A stretch of DNA of 64,000 bases from Phaeosaccion multiseriatum (lineage: Eukaryota; Protista; Ochrophyta, other classes): NCBI GenBank assembly GCA_965112735.1, contig OZ218962.1:620001-684000 (forward strand), in the 5' to 3' direction. A program made the position numbers and the translations under genes. Position 1 is the stretch's first letter, and each line of letters begins with the position of its first letter. A model generated the notes under the pieces. That model did no database searches, had not been told where the DNA came from, and saw only the letters and a list, made by a program, of their open reading frames with translations. Below, one piece after another: positions 47,907 through 61,912 of the stretch.

Positions 47907-50900
47907 TCAAAAACTCTCTCCCCGTCCCCTCCTCCTCCTCTCCTCGTCCTCCTCCGTATTATCATGGACGGGGAAGCCCTCCTCCTCCGGTCCTACTGGC
48001 TCCTCCGCTTCCTCCCCTTCCTCACAAGAAGCGGCCGCCACGCCCTGCCCAGGCTCGGCGCCGATCCAATCAGCATCAGTCTGAGCCTCCTCCGTTGCCC
48101 CCGTGGCCGTCAGCGCCCTCTGCCGCACGCCCCAAAAGATGTACTCACTGGTGCCGCCGATGCGCAGCAACTCCTTCTCCTCCTCCTCCTGGGAAACTGC
48201 CACCGAAGAGAAACAAACACAAGAGAGAGCGGGACACAAAGCATCAGTGGGTGGAATGGGCGTTGGTGTGGCAGTCACGGGAAAGAGGAGGGGGTATTTG
48301 GTCTTTTGTCCAGTCGCGCCTGACTGACTCACGCACGCACTCACATCTGCATGCACCAGCAGTGTCTTATAACCTTGTCCAACATGTACATCCCCCCCAC
48401 TTTAGCGATCACTAGACAAACAACTTGTGCACCAGTGTCCGGCACGCCCTCGTTTACACTCACCTCCCGACCTCAAGAGAGGATGCTTCACAATGCGATT
48501 CTTCTCTCTCGCAAAACTCACAGGGGCCGTGTTGCTATCAAGGCTACCGAGCCCCTTGCGGTATGGCTGACGGGGCTCAGTGCGATGGTACCGCAGCCGG
48601 TGCTTCTCTTCCCTCTCCGCCTCCTCGTTCTCCCGTTTTTCTTCTTCCTGTTCCAGCCCATAAGATGGACAAATGCCTTGACTCTGACTTCTTTCCCCCT
48701 CCTCCCTCCTCCTTCTTCCTCCCTTTCCTCCTCCTCCTCTTCCTCCTGCTCCTCCTCCTCCTTCTCCTCCTCCTCCTCCTCCTCCTCCTCCTCCTCCTCC
48801 TCCTCCTCCTTTTCTTCCTCCTCGTCCAGCTCCTTCTCCTCCTCCACCCCCTTCTCCAGACACCTCTGACTCAGCAGGCGGGGCCGTAGAGGCCCTTCTT
48901 CTTTCCCGGGGTGGAGAAGGCCAAAGACGGTTCCGAATCGGAAACCTCGCCCCGGCCAGCACCGGCTGGGGTTCTGATTCTGATACCTCCGACAAGGAGA
49001 CCCTCGGCAAGGGTGAGGTGAGAGGTGAGACGCTCTGCGCCTCTGCCGTAGACTCGGACTCTCCCGACCCTAACCGAGCCCGCACCCAGCCTCGACCATC
49101 GATCGTGGAGTTGGTGCTGCTGTAGCCGCCGGAGCTGGGCCTGTCTCGTCCTGTCCCCCCTCCCCCTCCCCATCCCCCCCTTGGCTTGCTGTTACTTCTG
49201 CTGCTACTGGCACTACCAGTCCCGCTCACCACCAGCCCCCCCCCTCCTCCTCCTCCTCCTCCTCCTCCTCCTCTATACGAGGTCAAAGCTCTCCGGTGGC
49301 GGGGGCTGCCCCTCTGGAGCGTAGCTGGCAGCGAAGCCCTTCTGTGCTCGCCCTCGTCGCTGCTCTGCTCCGCGCCCCCCCGGGAGCTGTTGCTGAAGGG
49401 GCCCTGCGAGGAGTGGGATGGTGGCGTAGCGATATCACTGCTCGCTCTTTCCCTTTCTCCTCCTCCTCCTCGCGTGACACGTTCACGCTCACTCGCTGTA
49501 CTCAAGCTCCTCCTCAGCACAACGCGTTCACTTCCTCCTCGAATGGCTCCTCCTCCTCCTCCTCTTGCTGCTGCTGTTGCTGTTGCTGGTGCTGTATCAC
49601 CAACTGGTGCTGCCGCCGTTCCTCTCCAGCTCCCCCTTCGCGCCGATGTGCCTGCTGCTCAGGACAGACAATTGGGCAATCAAATCAATCAGTCAGTCGG
49701 AGGGGCGGGAATGAAACCCCTGAAGCAGACATCTTCCGATCAGTGAGACGGCAGTCGACAGTCCCAACAACCCCTTCCCGACAAAGCAAAGAGAGGCCTA
49801 ACCCTAACCCTAACCCTAACCCAAAGCCAGCAAATGATAGAGAGCCCCAATAGAGAGGCCCAACAAAACAGAATCCCCACTGGAGAGAGCACAACTTACA
49901 GAAGGGCAAATCGCGCTTTCATTTGTAAATTCCAATTTCACCTCTTCTCACTTACGTGACTGTGGAGCGCGGCGTCCGTTGCTGCGTCGCGTACCGCCCG
50001 TTAGCAAAATGTCATTCTCCGTTAGCGACCGTTCGCGGGCCGATCCTCCCCCCCCTCCTCCTCCTCCTCCTCCTCCTCCTCCTCCTCTTCCTGCTCCTCC
50101 TCCGCCCCTCCCCGCCCCTCCCCCGCGTACTTCTCCTTCGCTTTCTCTTCGCCGTCGTCGCCTCCCGTGGTGCGAAACGTCAACCGCCCCCCCCCCGGGG
50201 AGCATGGGCATTGGTCCTCCAACGCCGAAGGAGTTGAGCATGCCCGCCATACGAGGGGCGTGGGCATTGACCAGACCCGATTGTAAGGCAGGCACCTGAG
50301 GGAAGGGAAGGGAAGAGGGAGGGAGAGAGGGAGGGACGGACGGAAGGACGGGGGGAGGGAGGGAGGGACGGACGGACGGACGGACGGAGGGACGGACAAA
50401 GGGAGGAAGGGAGGAAGGAAAGGAGAAGGAGAGGGGCAGGAAAGCGAGTCAGTGGGCCAATCGGGCACCCGGAACTTGAGGGAGGGAGTCGAGCGACCTG
50501 AAGGAGTCGCCGCCTGCCTCCCCACCTGTCCTTATTACCCTCCTCCTCCTCCTCCTCCTCCTCAGCATCATTATCACCTCGAGCGAGAGACCCTCGCCCC
50601 CGAACCCACCCTCCCCTCCCCTCCGCACGCACGCACCCACGCGGTCTTACTCCGACACTGTGTACACTATTACCTCGAATCTGTTCCAAAAGAAGCACAT
50701 TGCGTACTGCAGCCACAGGACGGTGGTGAGCAGGGCGACATACGAGAAGCCGAAGGGGAAGGAGAAGCAGTACACATGGAACAGCATGAACAAGAGGAAG
50801 AAGATGCGCGGAAAGAAGCGCACGCTTGTAACCGTCCGCAGCACGATGACGCTGTACACTTCGCACAGCCACACCACCGACAGTACCTAAGGGAGCGTGA

Positions 50901-53285
50901 GTGCGTGCGTGCGTGCGTGTGCGGGTGGGTGGTTGGGGTCAGGGCGATCAAGGCGAGGCGAGAGGCATTGTTCGGGTCGAGGTGCGGACTAGGCCCAAGA
51001 CGGAGGATGAGAAGGAAGGAAGGAAGGAAGGAAGGAAGGAAGGAAGGAAGGAAGGAAGGAAGAAAGGACGGAATAATAAAGGAGGAAACGACGGACGGAA
51101 GGAAGGTGGGAAGGAAGGACGGAAAGAAGGAAGGAAGGAAGGAAGGAAGGAAGGAAGGAAGGAAGGAAGGAAGGAAGGAAGAAAGAAAGGAAGGAAGGAA
51201 GGAAATAAGGAGGGAAGGAAGGAAGGAAGGAAGGAAGAAAGAAAGGAAGGAAGGAAGGAAGGAAGGAAGGAAGGAAGGAAGGAAGAAAGAAAGGAAGGAA
51301 GGACGGGAGGAAGGAAGGAAGGGAAGGAAGCTATACACGTCAGTGTATGACTAGACTTCAGCCCCATCCTCTGATATCCCCTCCTAACTCCGGTAGAACA
51401 CGTAACGGAATGTAACCTTACATACCAGCATGGCCAGCATATGGTCGGAGAAGACGTCGAAGAGGAAGAACATCATGCCCACCATGATGGGCACGAACAC
51501 GAGGGACTCCACCACGTGAGTCAGCACCAGGGGCGCGTAGGGGCGGCGGTGGCGAATGTTGTGCTGGGGAGGAGGAGGAGGAGGAGGAGGAGGAGGAGGA
51601 GGAGGAGGAGGGGGTAAGAAAGGATACCATTAAGGATACTTACTGCATGACGCTGCAGACTACACACACAGAGAGACACACACAAACATAAATAACACAC
51701 ACAGAGAGACACACACTCTGACCTGCAGGAGGAAAGTGAACTTGAGCATCCTCTCCTGCGTCTCTCTCAGCGTGAAGCCGACGAGCGATGTGGTGGTGAA
51801 GAAGAGGAAGAGCGAGGTGGTCAGCACGCCGAGCTTGAAGAAGATCACGTCCTGTAGCGTTCTCTCCTGGACAAGGAGGAGGGAGAGGAAGACGAAGACG
51901 CGAAACACGTGAGCAAGTGCCCTCGACCGGTGCTGGGATACCTATCTCTCCCTCGCCTCCCTCCCATCCCTCTCACACGCACGTAGCCACACTCCTTGCT
52001 CCTGCTCCGTGCATTGCCCCGCCCTACACAACACCCCGGTCCTTGCCCCCTGCCCTTGCCCCCTCCCCCCTCCCCCCTCCCCCTTCCGCCCACCCGTCCA
52101 CCCGTCCACCCACCTGTCCCTCCTGTGGGAAGTGCATGTGAGTGTGTGCTCTCTCCTCCACCGTGTCCGTGTTCAGGTTACGAAGGTCCTTCGTCTGCAC
52201 ATTGTACAAGAAGCCCCTCCCTCCGTACACACCCACGAGCCAATTGGCGACGACTGTATCATAACCCACAAAGTCCGCCAGAAGGAAGCGCCTCAGGGGC
52301 CCTCCGAAGCAGTCGTCGTGCACGTCGATGGTCACATTGGTCACCACGATGTTATGCATCTCTCGCAGGTCCTAGCGTGTGGAAGAGAGGAAGAGGGGAA
52401 GACGGGAGAGGGGTGGACGTGTGTGTGCGTGTTTGTGTATGTGTATGTGAGGAGGGGTAGGTGGGTGGTGGGTGGGTGGGTAAGGAGCATTCATGCAATT
52501 CTGTCAGAGAAAAATACAGATGCAATGAGAGGGCAAGTACGGGAAACAGCCCTAATCCGCCGCCAGTGAGCAAGCATGCGGCGCTCCTCGTTTCCCCCGG
52601 TGGGGGGGGGGGGAGCGTGTCAGTCAGTGTCCAGCAGATGTCAAACAACAGCGACCCTGTTCAATGCCAAGCAGTCTGTCATGTGCCTGCGTGTCCACTG
52701 TAGCTCAACGCACCTGTCTCAGCATGAGGAAGCCCTTCTCCAGCGAGTACAGGTAGACCCGATCCGGCACCAGCAGATCAAGCAGCTCCGAGCCAGTACC
52801 GCTCGCACTGCTGCTGCTACGGGCCTCCTCGGGACTCGCACCTCCGCCCCTCTCCTCCTCCCTCCCCTCCCCCTTCCAACGCCTCCAACTCCCTCTACTA
52901 CCGCTTCCCTCCGGCGAGAGGCTTGCTCCCCCGTCGTAGCCTGGCATGTGTGCGTGCGACTGCGATTGTCCCGCACGGTGATGCTTTCTGTGCGCCCTTC
53001 TCTCCAGCTCGTGCCATATCCCTTTCCAATTGAAGCTTGTTACCCACCCCCCATTCACCGCCGCTGCTGCTGCCTCCGAAGAATAAGGAGAGCTTTCATC
53101 GGCGTCTGTTGCGCTCTGAGACTGTGCCTGCCGCCAAGCCGCTGCCCCTGCTCCCCCCTCTCCCCCCCGCTGACACGTTTGCTGCTGCTGGAGCCTCCCG
53201 CCGTCGGACAGAAGCCCACATTCCCCTCCTCCTCCTCCGGGGGCGAGGGTGTGGTTATCCGCCGTGTCTACACTGCCCTTCCTCC

Positions 53286-53323
<38 letters not shown>

Positions 53324-54145
53324 ATCACCAACTGCTGCTGCTCAAAGTCGAGGTCGAGGGTGGCTGGCCCAGAGGCAGTGCCCACCGCTTTCCTGCCGGT
53401 GCCCGCCTCGACGCTGTAGTACCAAACGGGCTGCTCCATCTTGGCCTGGTATGCCTCGTAGAGGTCATCTAATCGAATATCCTGGAGTGGTGGGTGGGAT
53501 GGGGGAGACATGGAGGAGAGAGCAGCATAGAGAGAGGAAGGGAGAGAGATACAACAAAGAGGGGAAGAGAGAGAGGTGGAGAGAGAGACAGGGAGTGAGG
53601 GAGAGGTGGAGGGACATTGAAGAGGTGAGTTTGAAGGGGAGGGGATGCTCGTTGAGTCAATGAGGGAGGGAAGGGGAGGTGAGGCAAGAGATTCACAGCT
53701 CAGCGTGAGCTGTGTAAGCCTCCGAGGAGCACAAGTCTAGGCTGGAGAGTCGACCTCGAGACCGGAAAGTCGACCTCGCATCCCCTTTCCTTTGTCTTGC
53801 TCTGACGGAAGGAGGCCACAAGTCCCTGGACCCTCACGCACCTGAGCCACCTTCTCGCCCTTGAAGAGGTGTCCGAGGTACCGGTGGGCCGGTGAGTGTA
53901 AGTGGATCTGAAGCACGTGTGTCTTTCCGGCGTCGGTCCCTGCTCGGCTCAAGGCCTCAGGTAGACAACCCTGCTGCTGCTGCACCGCCAACTGTTGCTG
54001 GTGCAGTGCCTCCTCATCCCTCCGCGTGCCGTCTTCGTCCCCTCCGCCTTTTCGTCGTTGTCCTTCTCTTCTGTGACGGGAGAAATACTCTGAGGGGAAA
54101 GCGCCCTTTAGCCACGCGAAGCTGCTGGTCGACCAGTTATCACCA

Positions 54146-54178
<33 letters not shown>

Positions 54179-54734
54179 TCAGCTGCTGCCGCTGCCTCTG
54201 GGCTAATGCCACTTGTGCTTAGACCTGGGCCATGCTCATTCAAGCTCCACAGGGCGAGCGCCCCCCCGCCCCCTCCCCCTCCTGGCCCGAGATTGGGGTG
54301 CACGAAGGAGGTGTGCAGCAGGACAAGAGCGGCAAGCAGCCCCACTGCGCTGGCGAGCGAGAGGTACTCGTAGGCATAGCGCACCTGCAAGAGGAGGAGG
54401 AGGAGGAGGGTGGAGGCGTGCCGTGAATGGATGATAAGTACACAGAGCAACAATGGAGAGAATTCAGGCCTTCGGTAACATGAAAAGCGCCACATGAAGT
54501 CTATGTTAGGGTGTTAATGAGGGGAGACATGCAACTAGGTGCTGATGATAGGCAGTAACAACGTCTTTCTGCACGTGTTCACTGAGACAACAGAGAGATG
54601 GGGAGGGCAGAGGGTGATAGGAGATTCCGGACAAGGAGGGAGGCTGGCTTACGAAATGGACTCACCCGAGGCGGCAGCAGACGAGTGAAGGTGCTGACTG
54701 TGTGGGTGTGCAGCCTCAGAAACACCTGCTCCAT
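47907..54734 (-). CDS. TMEM259: Membralin (ER membrane, ERAD-associated); multi-exon, with long low-complexity insertions; 3' end approximate
   Basis: MEQVFLRLH..., VYLYSLEKGFLML, DCFG...FVGYDTVVAN, KLGVLTTSLFLFFTTTSLVGFTLRETQERM, HVVESLVFVPIMVG, FFPRIFFL, FFWNRFEVPAL. Confidence 0.88.
49797..49822. repeat. Short (CCCTAA)4 telomere-like tract in a membralin intron
   Basis: CCTAACCCTAACCCTAACCCTAACCC is directly visible. Confidence 0.7.
51011..51330. repeat. (GAAG)n/(CTTC)n intronic microsatellite
   Basis: Directly visible; explains the RKEG and PSFL ORFs. Confidence 0.95.
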
Positions 54735-55050
54735 GGCCGGTCTCCGTCTCTGTGCGCTCGGCAACTCAAGGGAAAGCCCTGTCCCATTCTCCCTGAGATC
54801 TCTACCTTAAGACTCACAGACGGCCAGCCGAAGACTGATACGGTTTGTTTGGCCTTACCAGCCGAAGACAGCTATACCTGGATCCCCGTGGACCGCCAGT
54901 GGAGCAGCGCGGAGCAGGGCGGAGCACTCTATACGGATATCCTATCCTATACGTGCAAGAGGCGGGGTTTTCGCCCCATACGCCTCCAAGTATCTTAGAA
55001 GCATACAGGCCAATAACATCTCTTTCACTGAAAAAGAAGAGAAGGAAGAG

Positions 55051-57349
55051 ATGCTTCAAGCCCATCTCAAGAAGGTGTGGCTCGAACAGGAGAAGCTCGG
55101 GCTGCAGTCCTTTCTTCCGCATGACGACGACGGAGAGACCATCGCCCGGGAAGCAGACGAGCACCAGAGCGAAGAGGGGAATGGCCACAGCACCGCTGCT
55201 CTGAAGAGAAGTCGGCGACCTGTCATCGCGCACGCCAACAGTGCGCTGTCCACGCTGCTCTCGTGCTCCTTCGAGGTCTTTGCAAGCCACATAGTGTGCG
55301 ACCCTTCCCTTCCTCTCTTCCTGCAGTCGTTCCTGCGCTTCCGTCGGCGGAGGTACGAGCGCGTTCCCGCTTCGTCCTCCGGTGGCAATGGCGACCAGCA
55401 CCACCAGGAAGAGGTGGAGCTCCTGAGTAGGAGGGTCTTCCTCACTATGCTTCGACTCGTTGTAGATGACCCGGTGGGGCTGTGCAGCAAGGCGGGCGGG
55501 GTGGAGGCGACGGAGAAGAACGAGTCTGCTGCTCATCGATGGGGTCACGCAGTCGCTTCTACAAAGCTCCTGACACTACCTGTGCTCCTCGACATGTGCA
55601 GCTTGTACAGCAGAGAAGGCCTCCCGCCGCAGCAGCAGCAGGGGCAGGGGCAGAACTTGCTCGGCAACTTCCTGGCGGGGGCGTTTACAGCTCGCCCGGA
55701 GCTGCGCACTGAGGTTGAGCAAGGAGGGGCCGTGGTCGCCAACCTTTTGAGGGAAGTCAATGGCAAGGTGCTGGGTGGGCGGGAGGACCACAGGGCTCTC
55801 AGAGACATGCTCGCCTACACGGTGGATATCGCGCAGGTGAGTGTACGGGGAAGGCTGGGTATGGGCTCCCTCTCGCGCTCTCTTCTCTGTCCCTCTCGCG
55901 CTCTCTCTTCTCTCTTCTCTCGTCTCTCGCTCTCTCTCGATCACATGCACAGACACATACGACGCTAAAATTTCCCCTTGCCTCACTCCTCGGCCTCCCT
56001 CCCCCCTGCCAGAGTCTGGCAGCGCTCGCCACTTGTCCTTCCAGCAGTCCCTCCGCGCAAGTACTGCCTCTTCTCTCGCCCCCCTCGGGCGCAGTGCCTC
56101 CGGACGGCTTGACCACCGCCCTCGTCCTCACATACCAATCTACGCTCCCATCGCTCTCGGCCCAGCTACAGCAGCAGCAGCAGCAGCAGGAAGAGCAGCA
56201 GCAGCAGCAGCATCAGCATCACCTCGAATCCACTAGTAGCACGAGTCGCCAGCTGGCAGCGGCCAGGGCGGGCATCCTGCGCCTCGTAGACGGAATAGTC
56301 ACCCTGCTGGCCGAAGGAAGCGATGACACCAGCACCAACGACGCCGAGCAGGAGGGAGGGGGGCTCGCGGGCTTCGTTATGGCCTTGGCTGACCAAGACC
56401 TCGGTGGGGGTGGGGGTGGGGCGTTGCTGGCCGCCTACGACCGTCACTTCGGCCTGTCGGACAGGCTCTCTCTGCTGGGCGAGGTGGGGGCACTGCCGGG
56501 GGAGGCGGTGGCGCATCTGACGGGGCTGCTGCGAGGGCTGAGGGCAGAGGCGGATCGCTCGAGAGGGCGGTCAAAGCGGCAGCGACCGACTGGCGGGGGA
56601 GGAGGAGAAAGAGCAGGAGGAGCCGTCGTGGAAAGGGGGGGCAGGAGTAAAGCGGCTCCCAGCGAGGCCGAGATGCAGGAGATGGTTCAAGCCGTTATGG
56701 CCGTCTTCGGAGACTCCGGGGGGGCAGCAGGAGGGACTGCTTCTTCTCCTCCCCTGGGGGAGGGCTTTGTGGCGGCCTGTCTGGCGGTGCTTGACTTCTC
56801 TGTAGAGGCGGTGATAAGTGCCATTTTGGAGGACAACATCCCTCCTCGACTCGCGCACCTGGACAGGGGGCTTACGGCGGCTTGGAAGGGCGGGGACGGG
56901 CGGGGCAATGACTCGGGTTATAAGACCGATGCCGCCTTCAACAGCCTCAAGCAGAGAGAATTGATGGAAAGAGAAAGGAAGGAGGAGCAAGATGCTTTCC
57001 TCATGATGCGCGAGTACGGAGATGATTACGATGACAGTTACGATGATAATGACGGGGGGGCGGGGGCTGCAGGGGGCGTGGCGGACTATGAGGGTATCCG
57101 GAGGCTCAACAAGGTGAGTGGGTGGGCGTGAGGGGGGGGGGGGGAGGTGCGTGTGTCTCAGTGTTTCTGGCGCGCGCGCAGAGTGAGCGAGCGAGAGAGA
57201 GCGAGAGATGTGGAGAGTCAGATGCAGTTGAGCGAACAAGTTGACGCCAAAGCACCACCTCACCACCGCACGCTTCGGCTTTTGCCTTTGTCGCTTGTCT
57301 CTCGGTGCCGTTGTTTTGCTCCCCAAGCCTGACTCTCACCCAAAGCGTC

Positions 57350-57420
<71 letters not shown>

Positions 57421-58013
57421 TCTCTCTCTCTTTCTGTCGCTCTCTCTCTCTCTCTTGACAGCTCATGCGGGAGGAGGAAGGAGAAAATGAGTATTGGGAG
57501 GGTATGAAGAATACAAATAAAGCGAGACCACGCGGCGGAGGAGGCGGCGGTGGTGGTGGTGCTGGTGACGACAAGGAGGGTGAAGACCGCGATAGTGCTG
57601 CGGACGGAGGAGGGAGAGGAGGGGGAGACGGCCAATGGAGAAGTGCTGATCGAGGGAGAGGGGGGAGGATAAGGGGCGGGGGACGGGGGGGGAGGGGAGG
57701 AGAAACAGGAGGAGCAGGGAGAGGAGGAGCACCAGCAGGAGGAGGAGGGGGGAGAGGAGGGAGAGGAGGGGGTGGGGGAGGGAGAGGAGGAGGAGGGGGA
57801 GGAGGAGGAGGAGGAGGAAGGGGCGGAGGAGGAGGGAGAGGAGGTGGAGGAGGAGGAGGAGGAGGGACCGGCATGGGAGGCGGTGCCAGCGCGGAAGAAA
57901 TGTCAAAGCTGGACAAGAGACGGAAGGATGCAAACAAGGCCAAGTCTGCCAATCATGACCGCAAGAATGCGCAGCGGAAGAAGGCTGCCAAGGGCGGCCT
58001 GGGCGGCTTCTGA
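55051..58013 (+). CDS. ASCC2: Activating signal cointegrator 1 complex subunit 2 homologue (CUE domain); 3 exons
   Basis: FLQSFLRFRRR region, CUE-like LGEGFVAACL...VISAILEDNIPPRL, EYGDDYDDSYDD, RGG tract, C-terminal NKAKSANHDRK. Exons ~55051-55836, 56013-57113, 57461-58013. Confidence 0.85.
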
Positions 58014-58327
58014 GACTCTGATGATGACTGATGGACTGATGATGAGGATGTTTGCCCTTGCTTGGTGAGGCGCTGCTCGTCAGGCGAAATGGTTCAAAAA
58101 GCAGACTACTTAACATGCACAACACGATTCTGAAGGCCTCAGAGATGGCTGACGGGGATGTTGAAAGTCAGTATTATGGCAATGGCCCAGGCCCAGGCAA
58201 ATACGGTGAGAAACTGTGTGCGTGGCCCGTTTCTCACTCACCTTCCAGCAGGTTGGTCGTTTAGGATGGCTCAGGGATAAAGCTAATAGAGACAAGGCTG
58301 GCTGCCAGGCTGGCTTTGGGGCTGCTA

Positions 58328-61239
58328 TTACTTTGTCCACCATGCATACGTAAGACCCTCTCCTCTGGAAGTACGGTTTTCCCAATTCCGTCTTGCCTGC
58401 TGGGGCTGCGATTCTCCCACAACAACAGCAAGACGTGGCGGTGCAGAAGGCGTAGGCTTAGCGCCAGCGGGCCCCTGCGTCCGCCTCTTGTACCTCCTCC
58501 AGTGCCACACGCAGAACACGCAGCAGAGGCAAGCAGCCGCCACAGAGGTGACGACGATACCGGCAATGGCTGCTCCAGAGAGCGCACTCGTCGTCGCGAA
58601 GCACGTGGGCTCTTGCAGGCTGGCGTCAGCTTCGGAGCCAGTATCGCAGCACGCCCGCTCCACGTACGACCAGTCAGCGGCGTCCGTGTTGGTCCATAGC
58701 GTTCTTGGGTACTCCCCGGCCGGCATGCAGTCCTCGGGAGTGAGCTCCTGCCGCGGGCGAGGAGGGGGGCAGGCAGAGGGAAGGGACAGGAATCAGCGCT
58801 TGCTTCGTGCAGTGGGAGGGAGGACGACGGAGCGACGAGCTCGCCCCGCCACCCCGTTGACTCGCTCCCTGAGCGGCAAAGACCAACCTGAGTAGACTCG
58901 CACTGGTTCGCGCACACGCTGGCGTCAGAGATGGAGGCTCTGTAGGCCTGCTTGTCGCACTCGGACAGCTCGAAGACCGGGCACGTGCTTGACTCTGCGA
59001 TGAGCCGGTCAAGGACGAAGTTGTACTCCACGTTGAGGTCTGTGAAGGTCGACAGCGTAAAGTCCACTGCCACCACCCCCAGGAAGGTGGAGGGGCTGCG
59101 GAGAGGAGAGAGGCGACGCGCAGAGCGAGAGAGGGGGAGGATGAAGGCCAGACTAAGCGAGGGAACAGGCCTGGCTACTTTCTGGGTTCCAAACACGATC
59201 CGCCATAGCAACGTCTTGCTTGTAAGCCGCCTACCTGGTGCTGTGGTCGTAGGCAGACGCCGCGCAAGTAGTGCCCAACTGGCCGCCCGTGTCGAAGATG
59301 TAGGGCTCTGTCCAGGTTGTGACGTTTTGTGAGCTGCTGTTTCCGCTCCCGATGGCGTAGAGCTGGTAATACGATGCCATCGCCCCTGTGAGATCGTCGG
59401 TGCTGCTGACGTGACGATAAACTCCGTCCGTCTCACAGGCTATCGCCTGTGTGGTGTCTTGGTCTGCGTCCTCGCCGAAGGAGAAGGTGAAGATTTCTGC
59501 ACCAATGTCCGCGTTTCTGGTCTCTATGAGGCCTGTCGTCTCCAGCGGATCCAGCGGTCCGGCACTGATCTCTCCTGGAGTCAGTAGCGAGAGAAGAGAG
59601 CAGAGGAGAAGGAAGCGTCAGTCATCCGCGTGGATGGCCCTGAGTCCCGTTTCTAATGCGTCTTGTTGCTTGTGCAGTGCAGCGACGCTTCCGTAGGTGT
59701 TCGGCTTGAGCTTGCTTACCATCAGTGAGGAAAAGAATCGTAGTGTGGCATCCCGCCGTGTTGCCGCTAGCGACGGAGCTGTGGAAGGCGCATAGAACCA
59801 ACAATTCAAGCGAAGCAAACAGAACAAGTACGTAAGTAAGGTGGCGTAAGTGAGGTGAGGTGCCCAATCAGGGGATTGCTGCAGCCAGAGAGTATGTGAT
59901 GCTCTCCACTTGACTGGGCTGGGCTCACCTCTCGATGAGATCGAACGCCAAGTCGAAGGCTGCCGCAGAGGGTTGGAGGACATGATGGATGGGACGACAA
60001 GGAGAGACGTATGTAAGTACAGAAGCAGCTGCTCGACAGATTTCAGAGAGCGCCTCTCGCTCACCTTCGTAGAAGTTCGTCCCGCCATTGGGAGACAATT
60101 GGCCGACCAGCCCAGAGAGAGCAAGCAGGTTTTCTTCCGTGGCCTGGTGGGAAGCAGTAGAGCGCAATTTGTCAGTACAAACGATGCAAAGGGAGCGAGA
60201 GGAGCGAGGAGCCGTCCAGGCAGACAGACTACCGCAATACCTGCAATAGCGAATCCGTACTGCGGCTGAGCACCTCTGCCGAGGAGTCGAAAGAGATGAC
60301 GTTGACGTAATGGTCGAAGGTCATGCCGGTAAGCACCGTCTGTACCGCTTCGATGGCGAGCTCCATCTTGCCGTCTGCTCCCATGCTTCCCGACGTGTCG
60401 AGGATGATAATGACATCCTTGGGCCCGCTGCTCGCTCCAACGAACCAGGGCCTGCGTACAGAGATTAGCGGGGACGGGAGCGGGGGGGCTGAGACTGAGC
60501 CCATCGACGGCACGCAAGAGAGGTCGGACACGCGTACCTTAAGCGCGGGTCGAAGTTACCGCATTCCTCCTCAGCAATGCCAGGAAAGTACCGAAAGACA
60601 CCGCTCCAGCTTCCGAAGAAGGCTGCTTCAAGTCCGTACCTCTCGTTGTTGTCATCATAGGCAGACTTGAGAGAGTCTGTCACATATCACGCGGGGAAGA
60701 GAGAGAGAGAGTGCTAACGGTATAAAAGATGTGCTCCACTCCTGTTTTGGGGCTGCCCCTACACTTTCTGCTGCCTTTCGCTCACCTTCAACCAGTCCCG
60801 AGAAGCACGCAGCTTCAATAAGACTTGCCTCCGTGGGGTTTCCGCTCTCTCCATCAGCTAGAGCCGCGGGGATCCTCACCACACTCAGCGTTTTGTCGAC
60901 AAGGTATCTGAGCAGGGGGGCGAGGGAGAAAATGAAGAGTGAGCGACGAGGAAGGACAGGAGCCAGGCTTTCGCTGGGAAACTCTGTGTGGTGCTTACTT
61001 CCCACTCACCCGCAAGACTCCTCCTCGCACTCGTCGAGCACCCCGTCCGTCTCGCAGGTGGCCCCACTCCTGACGCTGCTGCAAGCGTTATTGTGGGAGG
61101 CCGTGCAGTCGCTCGACGTGATGGCACACCTCGACGGGAAGGCATCCTCAATCTCCTGCTTGAGCTGCAGCACAACGGCCTCTGCGGCAGTGATGGCATC
61201 ATTAAGGGACATTCTGGCTGCTGCTTCTGCGTGTCTCAC
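58328..61239 (-). CDS. vWA + Cache-like type-I membrane protein (calcium-channel alpha2delta/CACHD1-like); 5' end not resolved
   Basis: FGSWSGVFRYFPG...FDPRLR|PWFVGASSGPKDVIIILDTSGSM (MIDAS), GGTNF, ILFLTDG, IFTFSFG, WTEPY, FLGVVAVD; single TM SGAAIAGIVV...WHWRR. Confidence 0.85.
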
Positions 61240-61912
61240 TGCGGCTACTTCACTGTCCGAAAACGATCCTCTGCTCCTGCTGCTCTCTTTTGACTGGTGA
61301 CAACCTGCTGAAGGCTGACAGGCGTAGCAGCACGGACTCTTGGCGGCGATGAGATAAGCGCGGCGGTCTCTCTCTTCTTTGTAGCTTCCTGTAGACTGTG
61401 GGATATGAGGAAGGAAATGAGGAAGGGGAAGGAGAGGGAGGATCCAAAGAACGTTCCCAATTCTTACGTAACGGTTTCTGTGCTTGACGAATCGCTTGAC
61501 CCCTAAAACCCCGTTTGCGCCAGCCGTACGATGTTAGTGTGAAAACCGTCGCCGAATGAAAGATGGGGAGATAGGAAGCACAGCCTCTTGATCGGCCCTG
61601 GACAGGATTATTACCTGATACAAGGTGGTCCTTCGGGCTGCGCATATAATCAGGATAACTAATATAGAAAGGAGGAGGGGAAGGAGCGAGGAGGGAGTGT
61701 CTTCCGCCTCGCTGGCCCTACGAGGAGTGCAGACCTATAGTGGCCGGGCGGCACCACGCACGCGCCCACGGTGACTGGGAGGCTGCCTAGAGGCGGGCTA
61801 TACAGGCCGCCTAGGACTGAAAAGTGAGCGGCCTAGAGCCTAGAGCAAAACCGCTAGCTTTTATACATGTATAGCTTTTAACTATCACCACCAGCAGCAG
61901 CAGGGCCAATGG

